A stretch of 64,000 bases of DNA from Candidatus Latescibacterota bacterium (GCA_965219995.1 CBDCOX010000002.1:4768001-4832000), one strand, 5' to 3'. Numbered from the stretch's first letter, positions 51,108-61,283 are shown. Made by a program: numbers and translations. The notes: generated by a model not told the origin, from the letters alone.

Positions 51108-51851
51108 TCAATCGAGGGGATTGTCGAGGGTCCATTTGAGGACGGTATCGAGGCCGGCGAGATGCGCCGCGGTTCGCTGCGCCATCGGCCAGTCCGTGGG
51201 CGTCTCGAAGATCAGAACGTGGTCCGCGTGGTAATGATGTACGTACGGGACGATCCCGCCGATCCCCCACGCGGGATCGACTTTGTAGACCCCGCGGGAA
51301 ACCGGAATGTCGTTCTCGTCCTCCGTATCCGGATCGATAGGACCCACCTGCTCGACTTGGCGAACGACGTCCGGCCCCGCGTACCGGTCATCTCGCCGGA
51401 CTTCATACATGTAGAATCCGGCGGCCTCCCAGTCTTCGTGGAAATCCACGTATACGTCGAATCGCTCTCCCTTCAACATTCGCCGGCCGATTTCGCCTTC
51501 GGGAACACCGGACTCGGAGAACGACCGGTTGATGTCCTGACCCTTGCTGTTTTCCCGCTTGTTGTGGACGTACCCCCAGGGATTGACACACGGCAGAATC
51601 AGGAACACGAAATCCTCCAGCAGGTCCGCCGGGTCCCGTTCGAGGAATGCAAGGACGGCCTCCGGCCCCGCCGGTTCGTCACCGTGGACCCCGCCGGAGA
51701 GAAGCACCCGCCTCCTGCCGCGCGCGTCGCCGCCCAACCGGATGCAATGGATCGGATAATCGTCCACGTATCCCGCCGTCGCCATCTCCATGTCGGCGAG
51801 ATCAAGCGACTCCAGACGTTGTGTCAATCCATCGAAATCATGGCCTGACAT
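51108..51851 (-). CDS. M14 metallocarboxypeptidase / succinylglutamate desuccinylase-like protein
   Basis: GVHGDE, NPWG, DINRSF, DFHED, FETP. Start at ATG 51851 preferred; the track starts at 51905. Confidence 0.85.
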   Translation of the reverse strand: MSGHDFDGLTQRLESLDLADMEMATAGYVDDYPIHCIRLGGDARGRRRVLLSGGVHGDEPAGPEAVLAFLERDPADLLEDFVFLILPCVNPWGYVHNKRENSKGQDINRSFSESGVPEGEIGRRMLKGERFDVYVDFHEDWEAAGFYMYEVRRDDRYAGPDVVRQVEQVGPIDPDTEDENDIPVSRGVYKVDPAWGIGGIVPYVHHYHADHVLIFETPTDWPMAQRTAAHLAGLDTVLKWTLDNPLD

Positions 51852-51946
51852 CTTTACAACTTCCGTGTTTTCTGGCGTGGCTTCGCTATGCTCAGCGGCG
51901 ACCAAATAGGTGGAAATGAACGGGCGAGCACATTTGATGGTTCAAT

Positions 51947-52030
51947 CACTCCCCCTAGAGGGGCAGTCGCAGAAGCCGAGCCGTCCCCTGAGCTTGTCGA
52001 AGGGCCGGCGACGGCTGATCCGGTGGGGGG
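51947..52030. repeat. Palindromic repeat carrying an inserted CCCTGAGCTTGTCGAAGGG unit
   Basis: CACTCCCCCTAGAGGGG...GCCGAGCCGTC[CCCTGAGCTTGTCGAAGGG]CCGGCGACGGC...GGTGGGGGG. Confidence 0.6.
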
Positions 52031-52114
52031 ATTTCAATGCCTCACCATATGCAAGCAGCAGGATTGAACATCTACACATTTTGACCTGAAGTCTTACTGT
52101 AAGGTCTAAAATGT

Positions 52115-53815
52115 TCAGAGAAGCGTTCGATAGCGATCGAGTGCCACGTGTTTCATGGTCCCGACGAGATGCTTCGATACCATCCGAAAGGCACTATCCA
52201 GACCCTTCGCATATTCCAGGTCCACGATGGCGTTTCCGGATGCTTGGATTTTCCTCCGGGTGGGATTCTTGTAATTGTTGGACAGCTCGACCAATTCATG
52301 AATTCGGGTCCGATCCGAGATAATGATTGGCGCGCAGCATTCGATTGCTCTACCCAGCATCAACGTCGCCAGACGCGACGAATCCGCAGGAAGTTCGTCC
52401 CACACATTCCAGATGATCGGTTGGCAGTCTGCCTGTTTCGCGCGGTCGATCACGCCAAAACACGCGGCTGCATCCAGAATACGATCATTTGGCACAATTC
52501 CGACGTAAACTGATCCGTGGACAGTTTCCACATCACATCCGGTTGCATCCACTGCAACCCATCCCGACCGACTCAGGACTGCCGGATGTTCGTCGATTTG
52601 TCGAACGTGGATTGGCATCTTTGCATTTGCGTTACGTGGATTCTGTAGTCTTGCTTTCGGCAGGTCATCGGCCCGTGGAACCCGATCCCACTCCAATTCT
52701 CCGCCAAGTAAACCCGTATCGAGATCTACAATGTAGATCGTCTCCGATTCCGTGCATTTCGACAATGGAAGTGAATTGCTGGTACCTGCCTTTCTCGCTT
52801 TAAGTTCATTGCCGTCTGGAGAAAACGCAAACGGATGAGTTCTGGTCGTCTTTTGCTTATTGCAATGCAGCGTACACAGTGAGAACATCCGATTCTCTAC
52901 CGCTCTTAGACGAAGAATGGACGACCATTTGATTTCAGAGACATTGTCGTAGCTTGGATTAATCCATATCCGCGCACCGCGTTTTGCTAGAAAACGTGGC
53001 AGAAGACCCAAATATTGGTCGTGACAGATCGTCGTACCAGCCGTCACGCCGGCCAAGTCGAAAGTCGGAAGCATCGAGTTCGGTCTCCAGGCGGGCCTCT
53101 CAAAAGCAACTGCGCATTCCGTCGAATGTTTTACATATATCCGTGAATGCGATCTATCTGGATTCACACGTAACAGGACCTGCCAGGTGCGGCCAGTAGA
53201 GTCGACATTATTGTCGGTCGCGCCGACGAGCAATCGGGCCTCCAGATCTGCAGCGAGTTTTTTCAGTGAGTTGATTCGTTTGGAATCGGACGCGTTAATG
53301 TATCCTTCCGGAAAGAGAACAAAGTCGACGTTTTCGCCTGCAAAGGAGGCGAGGGTAGGAATGACGGGCATTTGCGCATTGTCTCCGCGAGGCACGATCC
53401 CGAACAGCGCGCTGCGGTTTACCTGAGGAAATACAAGTGCCACTCGTAGTACGGAAGCGTTTCGAGCCGCTGACAGTTGTCTTTTCTCTATCGTTTGGCT
53501 CTCCCGAAATGGCTTCTTACCCGGCATGCAATAACCGATACTGCCAATGCTGCCGCCGCATTTGCAGTGAATAACATCGAAGCCAAGTGCGCTGAGAAAG
53601 CCGTTGGACTCAGCACCTCCTGAGAATTCGTATGAAGGTAGAAACTGACCTTTACGAACGTGGTGAGCCACTGCAATGGCGTACTTAGGCGGAAAATGAC
53701 AGCCATCCTTCACCAGGCAGTAGACCCGCGCTTTCCTGTTCGCTGGAACACCGTCACGCCTGATGCGCCGAATTGCCTCCATCAAGTCTTGTTTTGTAAT
53801 GTAAGACGGGATCAT
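52115..53815 (-). CDS. Carbon-nitrogen hydrolase (nitrilase-fold) protein fused to an N-terminal restriction-enzyme-type head domain
   Basis: Triad motifs FPEG, YVKH and ICHD; N-terminal IP..IT...L..AI..I...GVP...FPPKY.I..A......L....FSGG.E.N.FL..LGF.V pattern. Confidence 0.75.
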   Translation of the reverse strand: MIPSYITKQDLMEAIRRIRRDGVPANRKARVYCLVKDGCHFPPKYAIAVAHHVRKGQFLPSYEFSGGAESNGFLSALGFDVIHCKCGGSIGSIGYCMPGKKPFRESQTIEKRQLSAARNASVLRVALVFPQVNRSALFGIVPRGDNAQMPVIPTLASFAGENVDFVLFPEGYINASDSKRINSLKKLAADLEARLLVGATDNNVDSTGRTWQVLLRVNPDRSHSRIYVKHSTECAVAFERPAWRPNSMLPTFDLAGVTAGTTICHDQYLGLLPRFLAKRGARIWINPSYDNVSEIKWSSILRLRAVENRMFSLCTLHCNKQKTTRTHPFAFSPDGNELKARKAGTSNSLPLSKCTESETIYIVDLDTGLLGGELEWDRVPRADDLPKARLQNPRNANAKMPIHVRQIDEHPAVLSRSGWVAVDATGCDVETVHGSVYVGIVPNDRILDAAACFGVIDRAKQADCQPIIWNVWDELPADSSRLATLMLGRAIECCAPIIISDRTRIHELVELSNNYKNPTRRKIQASGNAIVDLEYAKGLDSAFRMVSKHLVGTMKHVALDRYRTLL

Positions 53816-53970
53816 AATTGATTTAGCTATTGTGTTTTCCCGATTGGGACGAGCGTGCGCTTTGTCGCTAGCGTTGAGTCGGGTGTTACGGGCTGAATTC
53901 TAGCTGATTGGTCAGCCACACGATATTACCGGGGATGGAAATTCGCCATATGCTCATTCCTCCCCACCAG

Positions 53971-54789
53971 TTATGATTCTTGTACCCTGTACCGTATCGC
54001 GTGGTAGTCGTAGTCGCTCGTGACGGGCACGGGTTTTCCGTCCAGGAAGGCCCATCGCCCCACGTCGCACGCGGATGCGCGGACGAACCCGTTGATGTAC
54101 GATCGCCGGGGACGGTCGGTCGTATTCGGCGACGAGCCGTGGACCGTGTAGGACGTGAACATCATCACGTCGCCCGGCAGGGCCTCGCAGGGCACCGCGG
54201 AAGAGACGTCCACCTGCGATTCGACGCTTCCCTTCGCGTAGCGTTTCACCCTCAGGTTGCCCAGCTTGTGGCTTCCCGGGATGACGTGCAGACAACCGTT
54301 CGCGACGGTCGCCGGGTCCACCACGACGATCGTCTGCACATAGTTGTTTGCCTGATCGCGAAACGCGGGCGTGGGACGTACGTCCTGGTGCCACGGAAAT
54401 TCGATTTTCCCGCCCGGCATCTTGAAGTTGATCTGATTGATGAACTGCTTCAACGTCGTTCCAATGAGGGGCGCCAGAAGCGCGGGAAACTTCGGACTGT
54501 TGCGAATCTCCTCGAAGGCGGGATGAACCAGCGCGGGCCACTGGACCTTGCGCAGATATCGTACCGCGTCCGGCCCGGTCATCGGACCGGGTGTCTGCAG
54601 GTGAATATGCACGTCGCGCCGCCTGCCATTCAGGATTTCGTCCGGAAGGTCCCTCCTGGACGCCAGTTCGAGGATATATTCGTAGCCCTCGCGCAGTCGT
54701 GCGATCTCATCCCGCCCGAATACGCCCCGCGCCACGTGATAACCCTGTTCCCGGAAGGCTTCGATGTCTTTCCTGTTGAGCGTCGTCAT
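53971..54789 (-). CDS. Phytanoyl-CoA dioxygenase (PhyH) family 2OG-Fe(II) enzyme
   Basis: F.EQGY, PWHQD, NGCLHVIPGSH, HGS.PN.T..PRR. Confidence 0.9.
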   Translation of the reverse strand: MTTLNRKDIEAFREQGYHVARGVFGRDEIARLREGYEYILELASRRDLPDEILNGRRRDVHIHLQTPGPMTGPDAVRYLRKVQWPALVHPAFEEIRNSPKFPALLAPLIGTTLKQFINQINFKMPGGKIEFPWHQDVRPTPAFRDQANNYVQTIVVVDPATVANGCLHVIPGSHKLGNLRVKRYAKGSVESQVDVSSAVPCEALPGDVMMFTSYTVHGSSPNTTDRPRRSYINGFVRASACDVGRWAFLDGKPVPVTSDYDYHAIRYRVQES

Positions 54790-54807
54790 CGACCAATGTC
54801 CCGAGTC

Positions 54808-55071
54808 TTAACCTTGATTCGTCATTATTCGGGGACGTTAATTCGAATATGTGCAAGTGAATAAAGGCGATTTAACTGCTGATTTCTATGATGCTTCCGG
54901 TCACTGGACGTGAAAGGAAAAAATGTCCTTCCGGACGACCTTTTCGGTCCGGTGAGGAAAGAACTGCAGGGTCACCGCCTTATGACACACGCCGCTTTGC
55001 ACGGATGCTTTTTGTGTCTTTTGTGCTTTTTGTGGCCATTTTTCGGTGTTCTTTTTTCACATTGAGGTTAA
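54808..55071. mobile_element. MITE copy 2 (TTAA-flanked)
   Basis: TTAA|CCTTGAT...ATTGAGG|TTAA; 137/140 identity to the left part of copy 1, and shares TTTTGTGCTTTTTGTGGCCA near the right end. Confidence 0.75.
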
Positions 55072-55101
55072 ATGCAGAATGTGTTCGCCAGCTTCAATAA
55101 G

Positions 55102-55956
55102 CTATTCCAGTTCCGGCAGGTCAGCCTGGTCGATGAGAACCCTGATCGAGCGTGGACGACGCGCTACCCGTGAGATGAAGCCCTGCTCTTCCAATCGCTT
55201 AAGCATGCTGTTTACGGTTGGAGGCGTAACGCCGAAATAACGCTGTATATCGGCATGGGCGGGCGGAATACCGTTCACCTTGGTGTAGTAATGGATAAAC
55301 GCCAGGTATTGTCCCTGCTTGTAGGTATAGGAATCTGCTACCACGGAATCGTAGAACGCGTCCATGTCGAATTCGGACAGGTACCCGTTGACAAGATCGA
55401 TCGGGAAGTACTCGGGGTCGAAATCGCCGCCATTCCAGTCGATGGTCGCGGAGTGCTCCGGGTGATCGCCGTCCGCCAGGGCCTTGAGGAATTCCGCATA
55501 TCCAGGGCTCCCGCCGACATTCTCGGGCGGACACGATCGCTCACCCGCGAGACACCTGGGTTTGAACTCGTCCGTGTCGGCTTCTTCGATCGCCTCTACC
55601 CTTACCAGGTGTACCCAACTGTCTCCGAGATCGTATTCATAGTGAAACTCGACGCCGACAAACGGGGCGGCCTGCTCGAGCGTGAACAGTTCTTCATCCT
55701 GCAGGTCTTCGCTAAACTCGTCGAACCCCAGGTCGTCCATTCCGTAGGAGGAGTCGCCGATGCGAAACTCATGCGCATGGGAGTTCGTCCACCCCATCAC
55801 GATTTGAAACAACACGTGGAGGTCGCCCAGCGAACTCTCCCCGTCAACGAGGACGCGTCTCCAGATCGGCGGCTCGATGTTCAGCATGGTAATCTTGAGT
55901 TGGTAGATCATGCAGACTCCTCCCGCTTCTTTCTCAGTTTTATTCCTTCGCGCCAT
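55102..55956 (-). CDS. pRiA4b ORF-3 family domain fused to a C-terminal winged-HTH (LexA/MarR-like)
   Basis: YQLKITM..IEPPIWRR, GWTNSHAHEF, YEYDLGDSW, CPPENVGG.PGY; then KQGQYLAFI...FGVTPPTV..ML..LE..GFI.R.....RSI. Confidence 0.85.
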   Translation of the reverse strand: MARRNKTEKEAGGVCMIYQLKITMLNIEPPIWRRVLVDGESSLGDLHVLFQIVMGWTNSHAHEFRIGDSSYGMDDLGFDEFSEDLQDEELFTLEQAAPFVGVEFHYEYDLGDSWVHLVRVEAIEEADTDEFKPRCLAGERSCPPENVGGSPGYAEFLKALADGDHPEHSATIDWNGGDFDPEYFPIDLVNGYLSEFDMDAFYDSVVADSYTYKQGQYLAFIHYYTKVNGIPPAHADIQRYFGVTPPTVNSMLKRLEEQGFISRVARRPRSIRVLIDQADLPELE

Positions 55957-57691
55957 ACCGCCTTAGCAGTGCGCCGACGTCCGCTTCCTTCGTTTCGAGA
56001 CGGGCGTATTCCTTGTACCCCTGCGGTTTCTTGCTCCAGGCCAGAGGCGTCGCCCATGGCGCCCCGGCCAGATTCGGATCGGCGCCCGCTTCCAGCATGA
56101 ACCTGGCGAGTTCGGGCCACTCGAAACGTACCGCCATAGCGAGCGGCGACGATTGTCTCTCTCCGCCAAGTACGTTCAAATCAGCCCCACTGTCGATCAG
56201 CTTCTCCGCGAACGTGATTCGATCCTGCTCACCCACGTGCCAGGTAATCTCCGCGGTCCAGTGTAGCGGCGTGAGGCCGCCCTTCTTCTCGCGGGCGTTC
56301 GGGTCGAATCCGCGATCCAGGAGAAGCTCGAAGCAGGAGTAGAAGTGTTCGGCACGGGCATTTCCCGGATTGCCCGGGCACCGCAGCCGCCACATCCGCA
56401 TGGCCAGACACAACACGTCGTGCATTTCGCTCTCCGAAAAACCCGGATTCCGTGAAAGACAGACTGCCACCAGGTCCGGATGCCCGCCATGGACGGCTCC
56501 CTTCAGGACCTCCTTTGCACACGATGGATCGGAACTTACGAGCGCGGCATCGACGGAGACATTGTCGCTGTTCGCGGCGTAGAATCCTGGAGAGGCCCCG
56601 TCGTCGAACCCGGGGAATGCCCCATGTCGCAACAGCAGTTTCTCCATCGCGTCGTTCCCGTTCGCGATCGCCCAGTTCAAGGCGTTGCCGGACGCATCCA
56701 TCACGGTATGCGCCGATGCCCCGTGCTCCAGGAGCAGCACTGCCATCTCCAGATCGTCATTGAGAGCCGCGGCGTGCAGCGGCGCGCCTCGTTCGGCCAC
56801 GGGGTAGCCTTCGTACTTGTCATACGGCGTATCCGGGTCCGCACCCCGTTCCAGGAGGAGGCGCACCACCTCGAGGTGTCCCTTGTCGGCGGCAATCGAG
56901 ATCGGATACGCGTCCATCCCGGGATAGTTCCGGGCACAGTCGTTCACGGCTTCGGGATCGGCATCCAGAATTCTCCGAGCCCCGTCGACGTCGCCGATGG
57001 CGCAGGCAACCCACAGGTCGTATTCGGCGCCGCGTCCCAGCAGAATTCCGCCGATTACCGGCCACAGGGGGCTTGGCGGCGGGTCCCACCCGCGTTTGGG
57101 CCGCGGCCCGAGCGCAAGGTGGACGGGCTTCTTCCCGCGTGCGTTCGACCGATTCGGGTCGGCGCCTCGATCCAGCAACTCCACAACGCCGTCGACGTGG
57201 TGGTTCTCCACGGCTACGTGCAGCGCCGAATCGCCACTCCCGTTCACCGAGAGAACCCCCGGCGGGTCCGCATCGAGCAGTTCCCTCATGGCGTCGATAT
57301 CCCGCCTCCCGGCGGCCTGGCAAAGCAGGATTCCCGACTCCGTCTCTCCCGAGTGCCCGGACCGCCACGCTTCCATCGCATCGGCAACTTCGGCATGCCC
57401 GTGGTGCCGGGCCATGTCGATCGCGGACACGCGCTCCCGGTACGTTATCCGGGTCGGGCTGGCGCCGGCCTCCAGGAGCAGCCTGACCACCTCCCGGCGT
57501 CCCTCGCGCGCCGCGAGGTGGATGGCCTGATAGCCCTGTGGACCGTCCCGACGCGCAAGCTCGGGTTTCTTCACCAGGATGGACCGGACGCGGTCCACGT
57601 CGCCTTCGCGCGCCGCCTTACAGATTTCCGCGACGCCGGCGGATTCATTGTCCCGGGCCGGCCCATTCCTCCGTAGCGTTCTCTTTGCCAT
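55940..57691 (-). CDS. Ankyrin repeat protein
   Basis: Many ankyrin repeats (AIHLAAREG..EVVRLLLEAGA, SALHVAV, PLHAAA, TPLHW, SPLAMAV, TPLAW). Confidence 0.92.
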   Translation of the reverse strand: MAKRTLRRNGPARDNESAGVAEICKAAREGDVDRVRSILVKKPELARRDGPQGYQAIHLAAREGRREVVRLLLEAGASPTRITYRERVSAIDMARHHGHAEVADAMEAWRSGHSGETESGILLCQAAGRRDIDAMRELLDADPPGVLSVNGSGDSALHVAVENHHVDGVVELLDRGADPNRSNARGKKPVHLALGPRPKRGWDPPPSPLWPVIGGILLGRGAEYDLWVACAIGDVDGARRILDADPEAVNDCARNYPGMDAYPISIAADKGHLEVVRLLLERGADPDTPYDKYEGYPVAERGAPLHAAALNDDLEMAVLLLEHGASAHTVMDASGNALNWAIANGNDAMEKLLLRHGAFPGFDDGASPGFYAANSDNVSVDAALVSSDPSCAKEVLKGAVHGGHPDLVAVCLSRNPGFSESEMHDVLCLAMRMWRLRCPGNPGNARAEHFYSCFELLLDRGFDPNAREKKGGLTPLHWTAEITWHVGEQDRITFAEKLIDSGADLNVLGGERQSSPLAMAVRFEWPELARFMLEAGADPNLAGAPWATPLAWSKKPQGYKEYARLETKEADVGALLRRYGAKE

Positions 57692-57756
57692 ATCGGGTAA
57701 TCCCTTGTGGAACCGCCATCGTCGTTAACATGGGGGTCCGGTTTGCCAGGCGCCCT

Positions 57757-60078
57757 TCAGTGCCCGCTCAGATCGGACGTCTCCACGAGTTTCCACGTCT
57801 CTCCGGCGTCTGCCGACATCATCAGCGCCCGGCGGCTTCCGCGGTGGTCGTTCCTGTAGAACCAGTAGGTGGAAAAGTAGTCGTACGAAAGGAAGAGCCT
57901 TCCCGCACGGTCGATGGTGAGTCGGTGGTAGAAGACGCTGTATTCCGAAAACGGAGGTACGACCAGCACCCGGGGTTCCTTCCAGGCCTTGTCCGCGGGA
58001 CGACGCTGATGCGCGAGGGTCGCATAATTGCCGGCCGGGAAGTAGCTCGTGCCGTTCCACCAGAGCCTGAAGGCCGAATGCAGCGTGTCATCCGGATCGC
58101 AGACGAAGCCGATGTAGGTCTGGCGCGCATCCGGCCAGGCGTCATCGGGAACGGTCCAGCCGGCGTGCGCGGTGTTCGGAGCCAGCGACCGGGCATACGG
58201 GAAGGGGCATCCGTGGGTTCCTGAAAGGGCGTGCAGATAGCCCTGGCTGTCCATCGTGATGCTGGGCGAATTGTGGATGTCGTTCGCGGGCGGACCGTAG
58301 CCCACCAGCGCGGGCTCGCCCATTTCCCGGGTCTCCCGATCGATGGTGGCGACGTACGTGGGGACGCCCGGAACGTCCTCGTCCGGATCGGTGGCTTCGG
58401 CCCAGATGACGTGCACTTTTCCATCTTTCGAAACCACGGAAGCCGGGATCCCGGAATGCTGGGAGAGCCCGATGCAAAGATCTGACACCAGAATCGGTTG
58501 GCCCATGGACAGCCCTCCGGACGTCGTTTCCGGCAGAAAGAGTTCCAGGTCGTTGACTTTACGCCAGAAAAGGCGTACATCTTCACCGGTACGGGCATAG
58601 CGGAGGATGGGCGGCGGACCGTCACAGGCGTTGTGGCCGGTAAACCACTCGATATCGAACGTGAGCGGATGGTCGTCCTTGCCCGCAATCGGACAGGCCG
58701 AAAAGGTGAGGCCCCGATCCTCTGAATACAGCAAGTTGGGTTGGCCGTTGACATTGGCTACAAGATATAGTAGATTCTCGGAGTCAAAGGCGATCTTCGT
58801 GGACGCGGCGCCAAAAACCGCGTTTTCCGCGCTCTGCACGGAATTCCTGAAATCCGACGTTGTCCAGACGCCGTCGCGCAACGCGGCAAGTCCGGTTTCG
58901 GTCCGGACGAAGGGCCGGTTGTCCACGTCGAAATAGATCTGGTTCTCCACGGGCAGATCGGGCGCATAACCGAATTGCGCGTTCTCATGTTCGTAAGGTC
59001 TGAAAACCAGTGGCAGTTGGATGGGACGTCGGACGGGTGACGTCCCGGCCCTCAACGTCATCGTCGAATACGTGGAAACGTCGGGGAATTCCTCCGAAGT
59101 CGCCCGAAGCCGGCACTGGAGGACGTCAGTCGAAAGGGGCATGCTGTAGCGGGCGGCGACGCCGGCGCTTTCCATGGGGCCGAGGTCCACGGTGTCCTCG
59201 GACAGCCGGACGGGAAGGGTGTCGGCCCCGTCGCATTCGGCATCCAGTCTCACCGTCTGCGGGCGGTTCGAACTGTTCCGGATCGTAAAGTCGATCGAGC
59301 CGGACTCCCCGGGGCGGACATACAGGTTCCTGTTGTATGGCGTCAGAAGCCAGCGGCAGGGGTGGAGGGGAAAGAAAGATTCCCGGTGCGGGGTCCAGTA
59401 GGACATGTTCGCGTGCGGGTCGTCGTCGGCCCAGCGCGTGACCCCGCCGACGTGGATCACGGCCTGTTGTGCGGGCAGGTGGAGGCGCCAGGGGGCCGAC
59501 CGATGGGTTTCCGCGGCAAATGTTCCGGTGGCGCGCCCGTTATGAACGGCCAGGGTACCTGCGAGGTTATCGGCCGCGTCGAACACGGACACCGCCTCCA
59601 CCGTGTCCGGCAGGTCCTCGATTTCAACGGCAAACTCGCCGGCGGGCGGCAGAAAACAGACGCTGCCGGGATACTCCGGCGCGAGCAGGACGATGGGTTC
59701 CTGGTGCGCTGCGTCCTTGTGTCCGCGCGACGTCTCGATGAGGTAACGCCTGCAGTTGGTTCGAAACGCCCAGACGATCTCCTCGCCGTACCTGTCATTG
59801 GAGATGGTGACGTTGAGCTTGTAGATCCCTTTGTGGTTGACAGGCGTCGACAACCGTGTATGTTGAAGTGGACCCGCGCTGTCGCCCGGCCCGGTATCCG
59901 GCAGGGTTACGTCCCGCAGGACCTTCCGGTCGGGTGAAACCAGAATCGCGCGCAGGTCCGTACGCCGGTTGTGGACGTTCCGGTCGCGTTTCTGGAGGTC
60001 AATGGCAAGTTCACCCGGCTCGGCGAGAAAGTACGCGCCTCCCGCGCCGCCGATACCCCATCGAGTCCTCGAGTCCAT
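57757..60078 (-). CDS. BNR-4 repeat-containing protein
   Basis: SEDRGLTF and SADAGETW Asp-boxes; NDIHNSPSITMDSQGYLH; YSVFYHRL. Confidence 0.75.
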   Translation of the reverse strand: MDSRTRWGIGGAGGAYFLAEPGELAIDLQKRDRNVHNRRTDLRAILVSPDRKVLRDVTLPDTGPGDSAGPLQHTRLSTPVNHKGIYKLNVTISNDRYGEEIVWAFRTNCRRYLIETSRGHKDAAHQEPIVLLAPEYPGSVCFLPPAGEFAVEIEDLPDTVEAVSVFDAADNLAGTLAVHNGRATGTFAAETHRSAPWRLHLPAQQAVIHVGGVTRWADDDPHANMSYWTPHRESFFPLHPCRWLLTPYNRNLYVRPGESGSIDFTIRNSSNRPQTVRLDAECDGADTLPVRLSEDTVDLGPMESAGVAARYSMPLSTDVLQCRLRATSEEFPDVSTYSTMTLRAGTSPVRRPIQLPLVFRPYEHENAQFGYAPDLPVENQIYFDVDNRPFVRTETGLAALRDGVWTTSDFRNSVQSAENAVFGAASTKIAFDSENLLYLVANVNGQPNLLYSEDRGLTFSACPIAGKDDHPLTFDIEWFTGHNACDGPPPILRYARTGEDVRLFWRKVNDLELFLPETTSGGLSMGQPILVSDLCIGLSQHSGIPASVVSKDGKVHVIWAEATDPDEDVPGVPTYVATIDRETREMGEPALVGYGPPANDIHNSPSITMDSQGYLHALSGTHGCPFPYARSLAPNTAHAGWTVPDDAWPDARQTYIGFVCDPDDTLHSAFRLWWNGTSYFPAGNYATLAHQRRPADKAWKEPRVLVVPPFSEYSVFYHRLTIDRAGRLFLSYDYFSTYWFYRNDHRGSRRALMMSADAGETWKLVETSDLSGH

Positions 60079-60443
60079 GGCCTTCGTCTCCGGATAATCA
60101 TCGATGCCAGGTATTGGTACAGGTATGGTGTTGGAAGTATAAGGTCGAGGGCCGTCAATTAAAACGAAAATCAGCCGGGGGCAGGTTCCGCGGATCTGCT
60201 CTTCGTCGGCCGGCGCCTGGAATGCTTCGCCCCGTCCGTTTTCAGACTCAACGTCGGATTTTTGGAACGAAGAAGCGAGTTGCGAAGTCGAAATGCGTTG
60301 AAGGAACCACGCCTCGTCGTCGGTTCGTCTCCACGGGTCACAGATTCACAACCTTCACGTAACCGATCCGTAACACGATAGATATACGTTGTGATTCAAA
60401 TCGCTTTTACCGTTGAAAGAGGAAATACCTTGAGGGGGGAGAG

Positions 60444-61214
60444 ATGAAGTTCGTGCTGCATCGGTTCGACGGATCCATCCTGTCGACTCTGGCCGCCCAG
60501 CGGGACAAGCGCAAGCGATTTCAGCTGCTTCTGGCGGACCGGAGAACCGGGATCCAGGTGGAAAAGCGGGAAAAGGAACCGGAGGCGGATCTGAAGCGAC
60601 GATATCGGCAGGTTCTGGGCTTTTCCTTTGTGATATCCGCGGCGATTCATGCCGGAATTGCCGTTCTGTTTCCCACCCTGGACATTCAGGCCACAACTGC
60701 CAAACCGGAACAGATCCTGATTCATGTCGAGGACCTTCCGGAGACCCGGCAACTCACGCGTCCGCCGCCGCCGCCCCGTCCGGCTATCCCGATTGAGACG
60801 GAAAGCGAAGACGTACCGGACGACGTGACGATCGAGACGACCGATCTCGAATTGGAAGACGTTCCGGTGGATCTGCCGCCGCCCCCACCTGCAGGCAGCG
60901 AGGAAGTTCCCTTCGAAGAGGAGGAGATTCTGGAGGTGTGGAAGGTGGAGCAGAAGCCGAGGCTGATCAGGCGGGCGATTCCTGCATATCCGGAGTTTGC
61001 GCTGCGTGCCGGCCTGCAGGGATCGGTGATGTTGAAAGTGCTTCTGGGCAAAGACGGCAGGGCGGAGTCGATCCAGGTCTTGAAAGGCGAGCAGATCTTC
61101 CGGAAATCGGCCGAAGACGCGGTGCGCAAGTTCCTGTTCGAGCCCGCCCGACAAAGCGACCGGCCGGTCAAAGTCTGGCTCGTGATTCCGATACACTTCA
61201 AGCTTGAGGAATGA
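60444..61214 (+). CDS. tonB: Energy transducer TonB
   Basis: TM anchor with SAAIH, Pro-rich linker, YPEFA...G.QG.V and F.PA.Q...PV.V....PI.F.L C-terminal domain. Confidence 0.88.
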   Translation: MKFVLHRFDGSILSTLAAQRDKRKRFQLLLADRRTGIQVEKREKEPEADLKRRYRQVLGFSFVISAAIHAGIAVLFPTLDIQATTAKPEQILIHVEDLPETRQLTRPPPPPRPAIPIETESEDVPDDVTIETTDLELEDVPVDLPPPPPAGSEEVPFEEEEILEVWKVEQKPRLIRRAIPAYPEFALRAGLQGSVMLKVLLGKDGRAESIQVLKGEQIFRKSAEDAVRKFLFEPARQSDRPVKVWLVIPIHFKLEE

Positions 61215-61281
61215 GAGCGGCGCACGGACCGATCCGAACATACGACGGGCTCCGGAAAAAGCCGGAGCCCGTCGTGTGTAC
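61207..61281 (+). repeat. Direct repeat 1: tonB 3' end plus terminator-like hairpin
   Basis: AGGAATGAGAGCGGCGC then, starting 39 nt after its first base, CGGGCTCCGG-AAAAAG-CCGGAGCCCG...TGTAC. Confidence 0.7.
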
Positions 61282-61283
61282 GA

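Noticed and set aside
52066-52117. attC site making the nitrilase fusion an integron cassette
   Set aside because: The hairpin has a bulge, but its ends (TGAAC/GTTCA) do not fit RYYYAAC/GTTRRRY; more likely a terminator-type hairpin.
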